This document shows, in pieces, positions 16,318 through 26,132 of a stretch of DNA of 64,000 nucleotides. Each line of letters starts with the position of its first letter. Position 1 is the first letter of the stretch. The position numbers and the translations under genes were made by a program. Source of the stretch: an uncultured Rikenellaceae bacterium (GTDB lineage: Bacteria; Bacteroidota; Bacteroidia; Bacteroidales; Rikenellaceae); assembly GCA_944326815.1 (NCBI GenBank), contig CALVFI010000007.1, positions 22,205 to 86,204 of the forward strand, read 5' to 3'. The notes beneath the pieces were generated by a model, which had not been told where the DNA came from, did not search any database, and was given only the letters and a program-made list of their open reading frames with translations.

Positions 16318-18918
16318 ATGAAAAAAAGGAGCTTTATCCTACTGGTAGCAGGTTTCATGATCTGTACCGCAGGGATGACTACAAACGCAGCTGCGTTTCC
16401 CTTTGGAAAGAAGAAAAAGGCCAAAACAGAGGTCAAAAGCGACTCTACGGCCAAGAAAAAAAGCAAGTATGACGAGCTTTTCAAAGACAAGCATGAAACA
16501 GCCACCGGCATGATCACGCTCCACAAAATGAAAGGCAAGCTCTATTTCGAAATGCCTATTGCTCTATTCGGTCGTGAGATGCTAATCGGCTCAACAATTA
16601 CGGAGATCAGCGACAATGGTCACGCTGTTGTCGGGTCGAAACCAACTGCACCTCTCCATGTGTATTTTACCAAAGACAATGAGAACGTACAACTTCGGCA
16701 GGTAAATACAGATTATATCACCAACGATTCCAATATCGATCGAGCAGTCAAGAGCAGTAATATCGGTGCTATTTTAGCGAATGCCAAAATAGCGGCTTTC
16801 AATAACGATAGTACAGCAGTCGTATTCGAAATGACCGATTTCTTCGTCAGCGACAATAAGGAAATGACCCCGTTCGATCGCAACTCTTTATACGGCAGTT
16901 ATAATTGCACCCAAAACTACAAAAGCGATCTCTCTTACCTGTCGGGCATTAAGGCATTTTCGGATAATGTCTCTATCAAAAGCAGCCTTTCCTATACCTT
17001 TTCTGTGGCAGACTTCATGACAGGACGTACGCTGATCAAAGATCAGCCCTTTACCGTAGAACTAACTCGGTCCATCGTATTGCTGCCTGAAACCCCGGCC
17101 CGGCCTCGTATGGCAGACTATCGTATCGGTATTTTCTTCACAGAAAAGCGGCAGTTGGGGGAAGGATCCAATACGACTGCGCCGATTTTCTATGCAAATC
17201 GTTGGCAACTGATACCTTCCGACTCGGCAGCCTATCGTCGCGGAGAGTTGGTGAAGCCTGTAAAACCCATTGTATTCTATGTGGACAACAATTTCCCGGA
17301 AAAATGGAAACCCTATCTGAAAGAGGGTATCAACCAATGGCAAGAGGTATTCGAGAAAGCTGGTTTCAAGGAAGCAATTATCGCAAAAGATTTTCCGACC
17401 GACGACCCTGAATTCGACCCAGATAATATCAAATACTCCTGCGTACGCTATGCTCCGATCGGCATCGAAAACGCCATGGGTCCGTCATGGGTCGATCCGC
17501 GCAGCGGTGAGATTCTGACCGCTTCGGTATACGTCTATCACGATATCATCAAACTGATCAACAGTTGGCTCTTTACCCAAACCAGTGCAGCGGATAAAGA
17601 TGTACGTACAGCAAAGATTCCTGACGAAATCATAGGAGACGCCCTTCGTTACGTGCTCGCGCATGAAATCGGACACTGCTTAGGATTGATGCACAACATG
17701 AGCGCTTCCACCAACATACCGGTCGATTCGCTCCGCTCGCCCTCTTTCACCCAGAAATATGGGACCACGATGTCCATCATGGACTATGCCCGATTCAACT
17801 ATGTGGCACAACCGGGCGATAAAGAACGCGGTGTAAAACTGACGCCTCCGCGCTTCGGCCCCTACGACGAGTATGCTATCAAATGGAGTTACACCCCGAT
17901 TCTCGATGCTAAATCCACAGAAGAGGAGACTCCTATAACTACCCAATGGATTACAGATGCTATCAAGAACCCTCTTTACCGTTACGGGAAACAACAGCTA
18001 TACGGTGTTTTAGATCCTCGCTGTCAAACAGAGGATCTGAGTGATGACGCAGTAAAGGCAACTGAATACGGTATCAAGAATCTCAAAACCATCATGAGTA
18101 ACTATTGCGACTGGATCAAAGAGGGAGATGATGATTTCGAATTCCGCACGGAGATTCTCTTGCAGATTATCAACCAATACGCCATGTATGTGACACACGT
18201 ATACAACAACGTCGGCGGTCTTTACATCAACGAAGTCAAATATGGAGATGAGCTTCCTGCTTTCGAAAATATGCCCAAAGACAAACAGGTACGGGCACTC
18301 AAGATGCTTTTCTCGATGTATGACGATCTCGACTGGCTGGAAAATAAGGAGCTGATGACCAAACTCTCGCTCATTGGTTCACCCAGAGCAGCCATCGAAA
18401 ACTTCATGGCGACCTATATTATTAACACCCCGTTCCGTGTTTCCAGCACTGCTGATATCACGATGAAAACGTTCTCTTTCCAGGAATGTGCAGACATGGT
18501 ATATGATTTTGTATGGAAACCGACAATCAACGGCGCACGTCCCAGTCGTTCTCAAATGGATCTGCAAACGGCCTACATAGAACTCATGATGAAAGCCGGG
18601 GGCTTTGAGACACCGGGATCAAGCAGCAATGCTATCGCCATCGAAGGGAGTAAACCCATTGCACTCCACAATCCATGGTGCGGCTGCACGGCAGATTTGC
18701 AGGAAGAGAGTCTCGGAGAACTGACCTATAATCCGGTAGGAGGATTTGGTTGGAGGCCCCGTATGATGTTCCAAAAAGGGCAAGCAACCGTTGCAGATGT
18801 ATATGCTTATATGACGAAAGTGAAAAACCTGCTCAACAGCAGAATGAACAGTGCTCCGGCCGACATCAAGGCACATTACCAACTACTTGTCCGGGCCATC
18901 GAATTTGGATTAAAATAA
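16318..18918 (+). CDS. zinc-dependent metalloprotease (met-zincin; DUF5117/DUF4953-type by recollection)
   Basis: 866 aa with a signal peptide. The intact motif VLAHEIGHCLGLMHNM carries HEIGH at residues 449-453 (nt 17662-17676) and the third His at 459. Confidence 0.8.
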   Translation: MKKRSFILLVAGFMICTAGMTTNAAAFPFGKKKKAKTEVKSDSTAKKKSKYDELFKDKHETATGMITLHKMKGKLYFEMPIALFGREMLIGSTITEISDNGHAVVGSKPTAPLHVYFTKDNENVQLRQVNTDYITNDSNIDRAVKSSNIGAILANAKIAAFNNDSTAVVFEMTDFFVSDNKEMTPFDRNSLYGSYNCTQNYKSDLSYLSGIKAFSDNVSIKSSLSYTFSVADFMTGRTLIKDQPFTVELTRSIVLLPETPARPRMADYRIGIFFTEKRQLGEGSNTTAPIFYANRWQLIPSDSAAYRRGELVKPVKPIVFYVDNNFPEKWKPYLKEGINQWQEVFEKAGFKEAIIAKDFPTDDPEFDPDNIKYSCVRYAPIGIENAMGPSWVDPRSGEILTASVYVYHDIIKLINSWLFTQTSAADKDVRTAKIPDEIIGDALRYVLAHEIGHCLGLMHNMSASTNIPVDSLRSPSFTQKYGTTMSIMDYARFNYVAQPGDKERGVKLTPPRFGPYDEYAIKWSYTPILDAKSTEEETPITTQWITDAIKNPLYRYGKQQLYGVLDPRCQTEDLSDDAVKATEYGIKNLKTIMSNYCDWIKEGDDDFEFRTEILLQIINQYAMYVTHVYNNVGGLYINEVKYGDELPAFENMPKDKQVRALKMLFSMYDDLDWLENKELMTKLSLIGSPRAAIENFMATYIINTPFRVSSTADITMKTFSFQECADMVYDFVWKPTINGARPSRSQMDLQTAYIELMMKAGGFETPGSSSNAIAIEGSKPIALHNPWCGCTADLQEESLGELTYNPVGGFGWRPRMMFQKGQATVADVYAYMTKVKNLLNSRMNSAPADIKAHYQLLVRAIEFGLK

Positions 18919-18928
18919 GGCTACCATT

Positions 18929-21604
18929 ATGAATAAACAGATAAAAAAATCCATACTGTTGGGTTCGGTGATATGCTTTCTGTCGCTAAATACCTTGCCG
19001 GCAGAGGCTTTCCCATTCTTCAAAAAGAAAAAGAAGAGCGCTGACACCACTCAAGTAGAAAAGAAAAAAGAGACTGCTTACGATAAGATTTTTAAAGACA
19101 AGAAAAAACATATTCGTAAAGATGGTTTCATTACTGTCCATCAGGTAGAAAGCAAAGTCTATCTGGAGGTACCTTTCGGGATTTTTGGTCGAGATCTTTT
19201 ACTGAGTTCCTATGCCAATAAAACCAGCGACATCGGAGTCGTATATCCGGGCATGTCGACGGCTACATCCAAACGGATACAGATCGACAGAACCGACTCA
19301 CTGGTGCTTTTCCGCTTACCCACCTATAACGTCTATGCGGAAAAAGGAGATAAGAACATCGAGCAAGCGCTCAAAACGTCCCGAATCAGTGCCATTATCA
19401 AATCTTTCCCAATCGCAGCAATGAATAACGACAGTACCGCTGTTCTATTCGATGCGACCTCGTTCTTTTCTGCGAGCAATAAAGACATTCTGAACATAAG
19501 GGGAGCAAGTGCCGGCGGTTACACCGTAACTGGGACCAATCTCATCAGCGGAACAAACCGCATTACGGATATAGACGCATTCAACAATAGCATCAGCATC
19601 TCTCTCGAAGCAGGATTCTCTCTCTCACTAACGAGCCTATTCGGCGAAAGTTCCTACAAACCGGAGATGGCTGCCGGAGTTATTGCCTCCCTCACCCTTC
19701 TTCCCGAGGAAAAAGCTGCTGTTCGTACAGCCGATCCCCGAATCGGGACCCAATATGTCGCTTTCACGAAATTCGATGCAGAAGGGGGAACCAAAGATGG
19801 CTATTTCGCTGCTCGATGGAAATTGGAGCCGAAAGATCCGAATGCAATCAAAAACGGACGATTGAGCGAACCTGTAAAACCGATCACATTCTACGTAGAT
19901 ACGTTGTTCACGGAGAGCTGGTATCAAGCTATTAAGAGCGGTCTGGAGAAATGGAATCCCGCATTCGAAAAAGCCGGATATAAAAACGCCATTCATGTGG
20001 AACGTTATCCGGCCGATTCGACTTTCCATGCAAACGATCCATTGATCAGTTGTGTCCGTTATGGATTGGTTCCCGATAAATACACGATCGGAGGACGTTT
20101 TCTGGCGGATCCCCGCACTGGAGAAATTCTCAGCTTCAATCTTACCGTACCGAGAGATTATGCATTTACTGCTCGTCGAGCTGGAGTATATCTGATCAGT
20201 GATGTCGATCCCCGTTATCAGGAATATTTTCTCTCTGACGATGCGGTTTGCGAGGTCCTGACGGCTGATATCATGCGAAAGGTAGGACTGGGTCTCGGCC
20301 TGACGCCCAATTATGCAGGAGGTATCGCCTATGACATCGACCAACTGCGCGATCCGGAATTTACTCAGAAATATGGCTTCACCGCCTCGGTCACCGATGA
20401 GATCCTCTTCAACTATGCAGCCCTGCCGGGAGACAAGGAACGTGGCGTAGCGCTCATCCTCAACAAGCCGGGCGTATATGATGAATTTGCCATTCAATGG
20501 CTCTATTCACCCATCTACGGAGATGAAAAAGAGACCCTGAACAAATGGCTGATGGAGAAAGCTGGCGATCCCCGTTATTTCTATGGAAAAGAACAACGGC
20601 TTGCCATGATGTACGATCCTCGTGCCATTAATGGATTTTTAGGTAATGGCGACCTGGGTAGTGATATCTTCGCTACGGCAGTCAATGAACTATCGCATCT
20701 GAAATATGTGGTAAAGAACAGCCCGGCCTGGCTCACGGATGATCGCATCCCGGCCGAAGAGTACAAAGAACTTTTCCCGGAATGGGTATTTCTCCGATTC
20801 TTTTACGATGTGGTCTATTCTCCGCTATTCTATGTAGGTGGTATTTATCAGAATGAGTATCGAGAAGGGAGCACCACCCCATCCTATCAGTCTGTTCCGA
20901 AAGCGTTGCAGAAAAAGGCCATGAAGTTTGTCCTCGACCAATGCAAGGACTACTCCTGGATGGATGACAAGGATTTTCTCTTTATTGGAGGTCCCAACAG
21001 TAACGCTTCCATATTTACCGCATTAAATCTGCCGATAAGATACATCTTCTCTCGTATCACGATGATGCCGTTAAGTGTAGATAAGTCCGAAGATCCTTAT
21101 ACACAGGAGGAGGCTCTGGATGACCTGGCAGATTTCGTTTTTGCCGATGTCAAAAAAGGAGGAAAGTTGTCACAGACCAGTCAATATTATGTAGGGCAAT
21201 ATATTTCTAACCTCATTGCCAGGTCAACGGTTCTTTCTGCCAATTATAAGAAAGCAAAAAGTAGTGGGAACGCCATCGCTTCTGACGAGGAACTTTTCCC
21301 GGAGATACGAGAAGCGGAAGAGGCTTTCTTACGGATGCAACAACGGAATGCAAAATTCACAGAGAAACCAATAGCGCTCAATGTAAGTAATTCCAATGAT
21401 GATGCTGTTGAACACACAGAAGCAATAGGACCTGCGACATTGTATTTCTACTTCCCGGCAAGTGCAGAGCCGTTATGCTATAACAAACTGGTAGAAGCCC
21501 GTCAGATTCTACGCAATGGCATGGCCTCCTGCTCGAATGATTTTGAAAGAAGTAAATATCGTTATTATATCGAACAGATCTCGATGGCTATCGACAACAA
21601 ATAG
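18929..21604 (+). CDS. catalytically dead paralogue of the preceding metalloprotease (pseudoprotease)
   Basis: 891 aa, colinear with the upstream protein (FYVD..W....K.G...W...FEKAG.K.AI, CVRY, DPR(S/T)GEIL, FTQKYG, PGDKERGV). The motif position reads RKVGLGLGLTPN (nt 20276-20311): H to R, E to K, H to L and the third H to P. There is no HExxH elsewhere in the protein. Confidence 0.75.
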   Translation: MNKQIKKSILLGSVICFLSLNTLPAEAFPFFKKKKKSADTTQVEKKKETAYDKIFKDKKKHIRKDGFITVHQVESKVYLEVPFGIFGRDLLLSSYANKTSDIGVVYPGMSTATSKRIQIDRTDSLVLFRLPTYNVYAEKGDKNIEQALKTSRISAIIKSFPIAAMNNDSTAVLFDATSFFSASNKDILNIRGASAGGYTVTGTNLISGTNRITDIDAFNNSISISLEAGFSLSLTSLFGESSYKPEMAAGVIASLTLLPEEKAAVRTADPRIGTQYVAFTKFDAEGGTKDGYFAARWKLEPKDPNAIKNGRLSEPVKPITFYVDTLFTESWYQAIKSGLEKWNPAFEKAGYKNAIHVERYPADSTFHANDPLISCVRYGLVPDKYTIGGRFLADPRTGEILSFNLTVPRDYAFTARRAGVYLISDVDPRYQEYFLSDDAVCEVLTADIMRKVGLGLGLTPNYAGGIAYDIDQLRDPEFTQKYGFTASVTDEILFNYAALPGDKERGVALILNKPGVYDEFAIQWLYSPIYGDEKETLNKWLMEKAGDPRYFYGKEQRLAMMYDPRAINGFLGNGDLGSDIFATAVNELSHLKYVVKNSPAWLTDDRIPAEEYKELFPEWVFLRFFYDVVYSPLFYVGGIYQNEYREGSTTPSYQSVPKALQKKAMKFVLDQCKDYSWMDDKDFLFIGGPNSNASIFTALNLPIRYIFSRITMMPLSVDKSEDPYTQEEALDDLADFVFADVKKGGKLSQTSQYYVGQYISNLIARSTVLSANYKKAKSSGNAIASDEELFPEIREAEEAFLRMQQRNAKFTEKPIALNVSNSNDDAVEHTEAIGPATLYFYFPASAEPLCYNKLVEARQILRNGMASCSNDFERSKYRYYIEQISMAIDNK

Positions 21605-21627
21605 TCCTTCGAGACCATACGCTCTAT

Positions 21628-21669
21628 AAAAAGAGGTCCGATTGCCAAATGGCAATCGGACCTCTTTTT
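21628..21669. terminator. bidirectional rho-independent terminator
   Basis: 19-bp perfect stem (AAAAAGAGGTCCGATTGCC / GGCAATCGGACCTCTTTTT) with an AAAT loop and A/T runs on both sides. It lies between convergent genes. Confidence 0.8.
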
Positions 21670-21693
21670 ATATCCCATACAGATTCCTGCGAA

Positions 21694-23604
21694 TCAGAAG
21701 GTAATATCCAATCCCCCGAACACCAGGGCTCGCGGCATCGGGAACCCATAATTGATCGTATAACGCTCAGCCATAAGGTTCTCGCCTTTGACGAATAACT
21801 TAATTCCCTTGTCTGCCGCTCCGATCTGATAGGCAGCCCGAGCCCCCAACAACAGATAATGATCCTCCATCTCCGCAACCTGATCGCCCGACGGCAGACG
21901 GGTATAAAGTTTCGATACAACCTGCATGCTGACATTCAACGTGAATCGTCCGGGCGTATAGGTCGCCCCCAGAAACGCTTTATGACGCGGAGCTGCCAAC
22001 AAGGGCCTGCTCGTAGAAAGATAGCTATAATTGGCATCAACGGAAAGGTTCTTCAGCGTACGATAATGAACATCCAACTCAATCCCCTTGTTTTTGAATT
22101 TACCCGTATTGAGGTTCAACGGACGACCATCCTCCCGTACGGTTTCGATCAAATTGCGACCATCGATGAAAAAAGCGGTCAACTCAGCCGACAAACGTCC
22201 CTCCAAAAAGGTTTGCGCCAAGGTCAGGTCGTAATTGAGCATATTTTCCGGTTGCAGATCGGGATTCTGGGGCGGGAACATATACATCTCCCGGATATTC
22301 GGACTGCGGAACCCTTTGGAAAAAGAGCCGCGCAAAGTAGTACGCTCCGCAGGTCGGAAACTGAACCCCGCCTGAGGTACCCAAACACCGCCGAAACGGC
22401 TGTTGTATTCATAACGCACCCCAGCGCTGAGCGTCAACAAGCGAACGATATCCTGCTGTACGGAGAGGTAGCCTGCGGTCTCATGGATCGAACGGTCCAC
22501 CAGATCGCTGTCCGGCGATCCATCGCGGAAAATATTCCACGCATGACCACCCCAATTCTTATAGTCGATCCCGACCGTAAAGCGATTACCCTTTATGATC
22601 CGATAGGTCTGATACGCCATCGCCCCGAAATGGTGGTCATCTGAACGGAAAAGATCGTTCCGAGGCTCCTCGCCGGGCGAATAGCCGTCGTCTATTTCAT
22701 GATGGCCCCAGTTGTAGAAAAACCGAATCGCCCCATCGCGATTCGCATGGGTATTCTCAAGGGCTATGGCTGCGCTGCCACGTAAAATATCCATCACATT
22801 ATCCAACAGAGGATCATTCACCTCTCCGGGATTTTCATTATAGATCCCGGCAATCGAAATATTCCCGGTAAGTTTATACCGATTAGAGAGTTCGTAACCG
22901 AGATTGGCATAACCGTTAGTAATATGGAAACGCGAATCGGGACGATGTCCGTCGGTCCGATCATGGTTCACCGATACGAAACTGCTGAACCGTCCTTTCC
23001 GATAACCATTGCTGAGCAGATACTTCTGCGTATTGTAGGAGCCGAACAACAGACGGGCACGGGTTTGCACCCCATCCGTATCGGGTTTGCGCGTAATAAC
23101 ATTCACCACCCCGCCCATAGCGTTCGACCCATATATAAACGACCCGGGGCCACGGATCACCTCAACCCGTTCAGCATCGGAAGCCACATACATATCGGGC
23201 AAGGCATGGCCGAAAATACCGGCCCACTGGGGTTGTCCATCCAACAGCATGAGTACCTGGTTTCCGCCCCCCACTCCACGCACATTAACCACTCCAGCAG
23301 CCCCCGTAGAGACTCCGAAGCCTGTAATTCCCTTTTGGGTAACGAACAACCCCGGCACATACTGCGATAGCACGGGCAACAAGGACGATTCGCTACTGTT
23401 CTCGATTTGGCTACGGGTCACCACCGAGAGAGTGAGTGGTAGAATATTGCGATGAATTCGTGTACGGGTAGAATACACCTCGATCTTTTGGATATCGGCA
23501 CTATCGGCAATAGAGGTATTCTTGTCTGCGGTTTTCTTCTCTTCAGCTTGGGCCAATGCGGGCAAGCATGCTACAGCACATAGCAGGGTCAATAGTCTCC
23601 TCAT
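21694..23604 (-). CDS. TonB-dependent receptor (non-SusC type)
   Basis: The ORF track gives 21694..23652. I prefer ATG 23604 (MRRLLTLLCAVACLPALAQA) because a -7 box lies at 23630-23637. Plug motif VIRGPGSFIYGSNAMGGVVNVITRKP; C-terminal GGLDITF. Confidence 0.85.
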   Translation of the reverse strand: MRRLLTLLCAVACLPALAQAEEKKTADKNTSIADSADIQKIEVYSTRTRIHRNILPLTLSVVTRSQIENSSESSLLPVLSQYVPGLFVTQKGITGFGVSTGAAGVVNVRGVGGGNQVLMLLDGQPQWAGIFGHALPDMYVASDAERVEVIRGPGSFIYGSNAMGGVVNVITRKPDTDGVQTRARLLFGSYNTQKYLLSNGYRKGRFSSFVSVNHDRTDGHRPDSRFHITNGYANLGYELSNRYKLTGNISIAGIYNENPGEVNDPLLDNVMDILRGSAAIALENTHANRDGAIRFFYNWGHHEIDDGYSPGEEPRNDLFRSDDHHFGAMAYQTYRIIKGNRFTVGIDYKNWGGHAWNIFRDGSPDSDLVDRSIHETAGYLSVQQDIVRLLTLSAGVRYEYNSRFGGVWVPQAGFSFRPAERTTLRGSFSKGFRSPNIREMYMFPPQNPDLQPENMLNYDLTLAQTFLEGRLSAELTAFFIDGRNLIETVREDGRPLNLNTGKFKNKGIELDVHYRTLKNLSVDANYSYLSTSRPLLAAPRHKAFLGATYTPGRFTLNVSMQVVSKLYTRLPSGDQVAEMEDHYLLLGARAAYQIGAADKGIKLFVKGENLMAERYTINYGFPMPRALVFGGLDITF

Positions 23605-23629
23605 CGTTTCATTTTTTGGAATTTGAGCG

Positions 23630-23637
23630 CAAATATA
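23630..23637 (-). promoter_or_regulatory. -7 promoter box (TATATTTG on the minus strand) for the TonB-dependent receptor
   Basis: Matches TAnnTTTG, 25 nt upstream of ATG 23604. It lies inside the longer ORF-track reading frame, which argues against the 23652 start. Confidence 0.4.
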
Positions 23638-23754
23638 ATAAGATAAATCCAATTATTCGGAGGAGGTAAATAGCAAACTTACTGTCGCTTCCGAAGTTTA
23701 AAGACAGCCATCACCAAATCCAATGCGGCACAGCGTAAAAAACCGGAACCAGTC

Positions 23755-25947
23755 TCAACGGGCATTTTCCTGAGCCTGATAAGCTGCAATACCGCTAAGC
23801 AGGAACTCCACGAACTGGTTCACATCAAGATCATATCCCCTCGGGGGCACCAGAATTTTTCCATCACGTCCCTGAAGCACATAATAGGGTTGCGCATTTA
23901 CCCCATAAGTGGAAAGCGCGTAATGAGAGTTGATCTTACCGAGCGTCTTGAGCACTTTACCATTGGGAAGCGTCACCCAATCCTCCTCGGGCAACACCTT
24001 TTTATCATCGGCATACAGAGCGACAATCACATAGTCGTTGCGCAAGATGTCCAGCACCTGCGGATCGGACCATACGCGCGCCTCCATCTCCCGACAATTC
24101 ACACAGCCATGTCCCGTGAAATCAATGAAAAGCGGTTTGTTTACCCGCTCCGCATAGGCTTCGGCCTCCTGTAAATCGAAGAAACCCGTCAACTGATGCG
24201 GCAGGTGGAGAAAATCGCTGTACTTCGGAGCTCTCCCATCGACAGTCAATAAACGCTCCGCCTCCACAGACATGGTTGTCGGGCCGTCTGTCCCTCCTAA
24301 AATCGGGGAGGAACCGGAGGTCTGTCCCAGTACGAAATCTTGCGTATGCATCGGCGGCAGATAGCCGGAGAGACCTTTCAGAGGAGCTCCGAAGAGTCCC
24401 GGAATGAGATAAACCACAAAACTGAAGGTCACTATGGACAGGAACAGCCGTCCTACCCCGATATGCTTCACCTCGCTGTCGTGGGTAAAACGGATCTTCC
24501 CCAACAGATAGAGTCCCAGCAGTGTAAAGACCACGATCCAAATGGCGAGATACACCTCCCGGTCGAGCAATCCCCAATGATAGGTCTGATCAGCCACACT
24601 GAGGAATTTAAGGCCCAGCGCCACCTCGATGAATCCCAGCACAACCTTCACTGAATTGAGCCATCCTCCGCTTTTGGGCAGATTCTTCAGCAGCGAAGGA
24701 AAAAAAGCGAATATCGTGAAGGGCAGGGCAAAAGCCAGTGAAAAGGCAAACATCGTGACGATAGGCTCCCAGAACTGCCCCGCCGTGGATTTGATAAGCA
24801 CCGACCCGACGATCGGTCCCGTACAAGAGAACGACACCAGCACCAGCGTCAATGCCATGAAAAAGACCCCTGCCAAACCGCCCCGATCGGACTGGCTATC
24901 GCTCTTGCTTACCAGCCGACTCGGCATCGTAATCTCGAAGGCACCGAAGAACGACGCAGCAAAAGCCATGAATACCAGGAAGAAAATCACATTGGGCAAC
25001 CAGTGTGTGGCAAGCCAGTTGAAGATATCGGCCGTCACCGTATCGCCGCCCAACCACCGGGTCAGAAGAATGATCACTCCGATCGGCACGGTATAAAGTG
25101 CTACAATGAAGAAGCCATACATCGAGGCCCGGAAACGTCCACGAGCAGCACTTCCGCTATTTTTCAGGAAAAACGATACTGTCATAGGAACCATCGGGAA
25201 GACGCAGGGGGTAAGCAAGGCGGCAAATCCCCACAGGATCGCCTCGATAATCAAGCCCCACAACGAACCACCGGAAGGCACGGCATCCATTCCCGCCACC
25301 ATCGCATCCGCACTGACAGATTGCACCGCACCATCTTCATTCACTTCCTTTCCGTTGGCATCGGTCATACGCTCTCCAGCAGCATTCGCCTCTTGCGCTC
25401 CTTGCGACACGCCAATAGCACTCCCATCCGATAACTGGATTCCATCCGCTTTCGGACTACCCGTTCCAGCCGCATCTAAAGTTGGTCCGCCGGTGACAGT
25501 TACCGAAAAATCGGCCTCTTCGGGCGGCATACAACTCTGATCATCGCAAACCATCCACTCCACGGTCGCTTTCAGCACAGAGGAGGGTACCGTCAGTTGA
25601 ACCTGCTGGGCAAACCGTGCCTGACGCTCGAAATAACCGATCTCCATTCCAAACAGTTCATCGTACCGCTTCACCGGACGATCCAACTGTTCGATCTCCC
25701 CCACCAACGTCATTCCCTCTCCCGGCTGCAGGGTAAAGAGCGTTGCATTCGGCCCCCCTTCGTATGGGCCCATATCGTACATATGCCAACCCGACGCCAA
25801 GTCGGCTTGGAAAATCACCCGGAACAGCGCATCGCCCAAAGGCTCTACCTTGGTCTGCCAACGCACAGGTTGTCCCTGTCCCAGAACGGAAGTAAAACCG
25901 AATAACGCGACGGCCAAAAGAATCAAACGAAAAAATTTATGTCTCAT
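23755..25947 (-). CDS. dsbD: DsbD-family thiol:disulfide interchange protein (N-domain, CcdA-type membrane domain, C-terminal thioredoxin)
   Basis: LLTPCVFPMVPMTVSFF membrane motif and thioredoxin-fold FTGHGCVNCREME. The start is ambiguous among ATG 25956, 25953 and 25947. The ORF-track start at 26040 is unlikely because a -7 box lies at 25969-25976. Confidence 0.8.
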   Translation of the reverse strand: MRHKFFRLILLAVALFGFTSVLGQGQPVRWQTKVEPLGDALFRVIFQADLASGWHMYDMGPYEGGPNATLFTLQPGEGMTLVGEIEQLDRPVKRYDELFGMEIGYFERQARFAQQVQLTVPSSVLKATVEWMVCDDQSCMPPEEADFSVTVTGGPTLDAAGTGSPKADGIQLSDGSAIGVSQGAQEANAAGERMTDANGKEVNEDGAVQSVSADAMVAGMDAVPSGGSLWGLIIEAILWGFAALLTPCVFPMVPMTVSFFLKNSGSAARGRFRASMYGFFIVALYTVPIGVIILLTRWLGGDTVTADIFNWLATHWLPNVIFFLVFMAFAASFFGAFEITMPSRLVSKSDSQSDRGGLAGVFFMALTLVLVSFSCTGPIVGSVLIKSTAGQFWEPIVTMFAFSLAFALPFTIFAFFPSLLKNLPKSGGWLNSVKVVLGFIEVALGLKFLSVADQTYHWGLLDREVYLAIWIVVFTLLGLYLLGKIRFTHDSEVKHIGVGRLFLSIVTFSFVVYLIPGLFGAPLKGLSGYLPPMHTQDFVLGQTSGSSPILGGTDGPTTMSVEAERLLTVDGRAPKYSDFLHLPHQLTGFFDLQEAEAYAERVNKPLFIDFTGHGCVNCREMEARVWSDPQVLDILRNDYVIVALYADDKKVLPEEDWVTLPNGKVLKTLGKINSHYALSTYGVNAQPYYVLQGRDGKILVPPRGYDLDVNQFVEFLLSGIAAYQAQENAR

Positions 25948-25968
25948 CTCCATCATTTTCTTTGCGGA

Positions 25969-25976
25969 CAAAGATA
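25969..25976 (-). promoter_or_regulatory. -7 promoter box (TATCTTTG on the minus strand) for the dsbD-like gene
   Basis: Matches TAnnTTTG, 12-21 nt upstream of the candidate ATGs. Confidence 0.35.
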
Positions 25977-26103
25977 CGGAAATTGCATGAAATACCATCA
26001 TACAGCAACCTTCTCTACCACAACGCATAATACAGGTCATAAATTAAACGTTAAATAGTTGGGAGCAAAAGGTACAGATAGAACGTAAATCAAAGTTAAT
26101 TCG

Positions 26104-26111
26104 TACCTTTG
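26104..26111 (+). promoter_or_regulatory. -7 promoter box (TACCTTTG) for rnr
   Basis: Matches TAnnTTTG, 21 nt upstream of ATG 26133. It overlaps the TTG at 26109 used by the ORF track. Confidence 0.4.
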
Positions 26112-26132
26112 TTCCGAATTATAGAAGATTAT

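Noticed and set aside
23605-23754. Possible cobalamin riboswitch upstream of the TonB-dependent receptor.
   Set aside because: The spacer is only about 150 nt, contains a -7 box 25 nt from the ATG, and shows no B12-box-like sequence on the minus strand.
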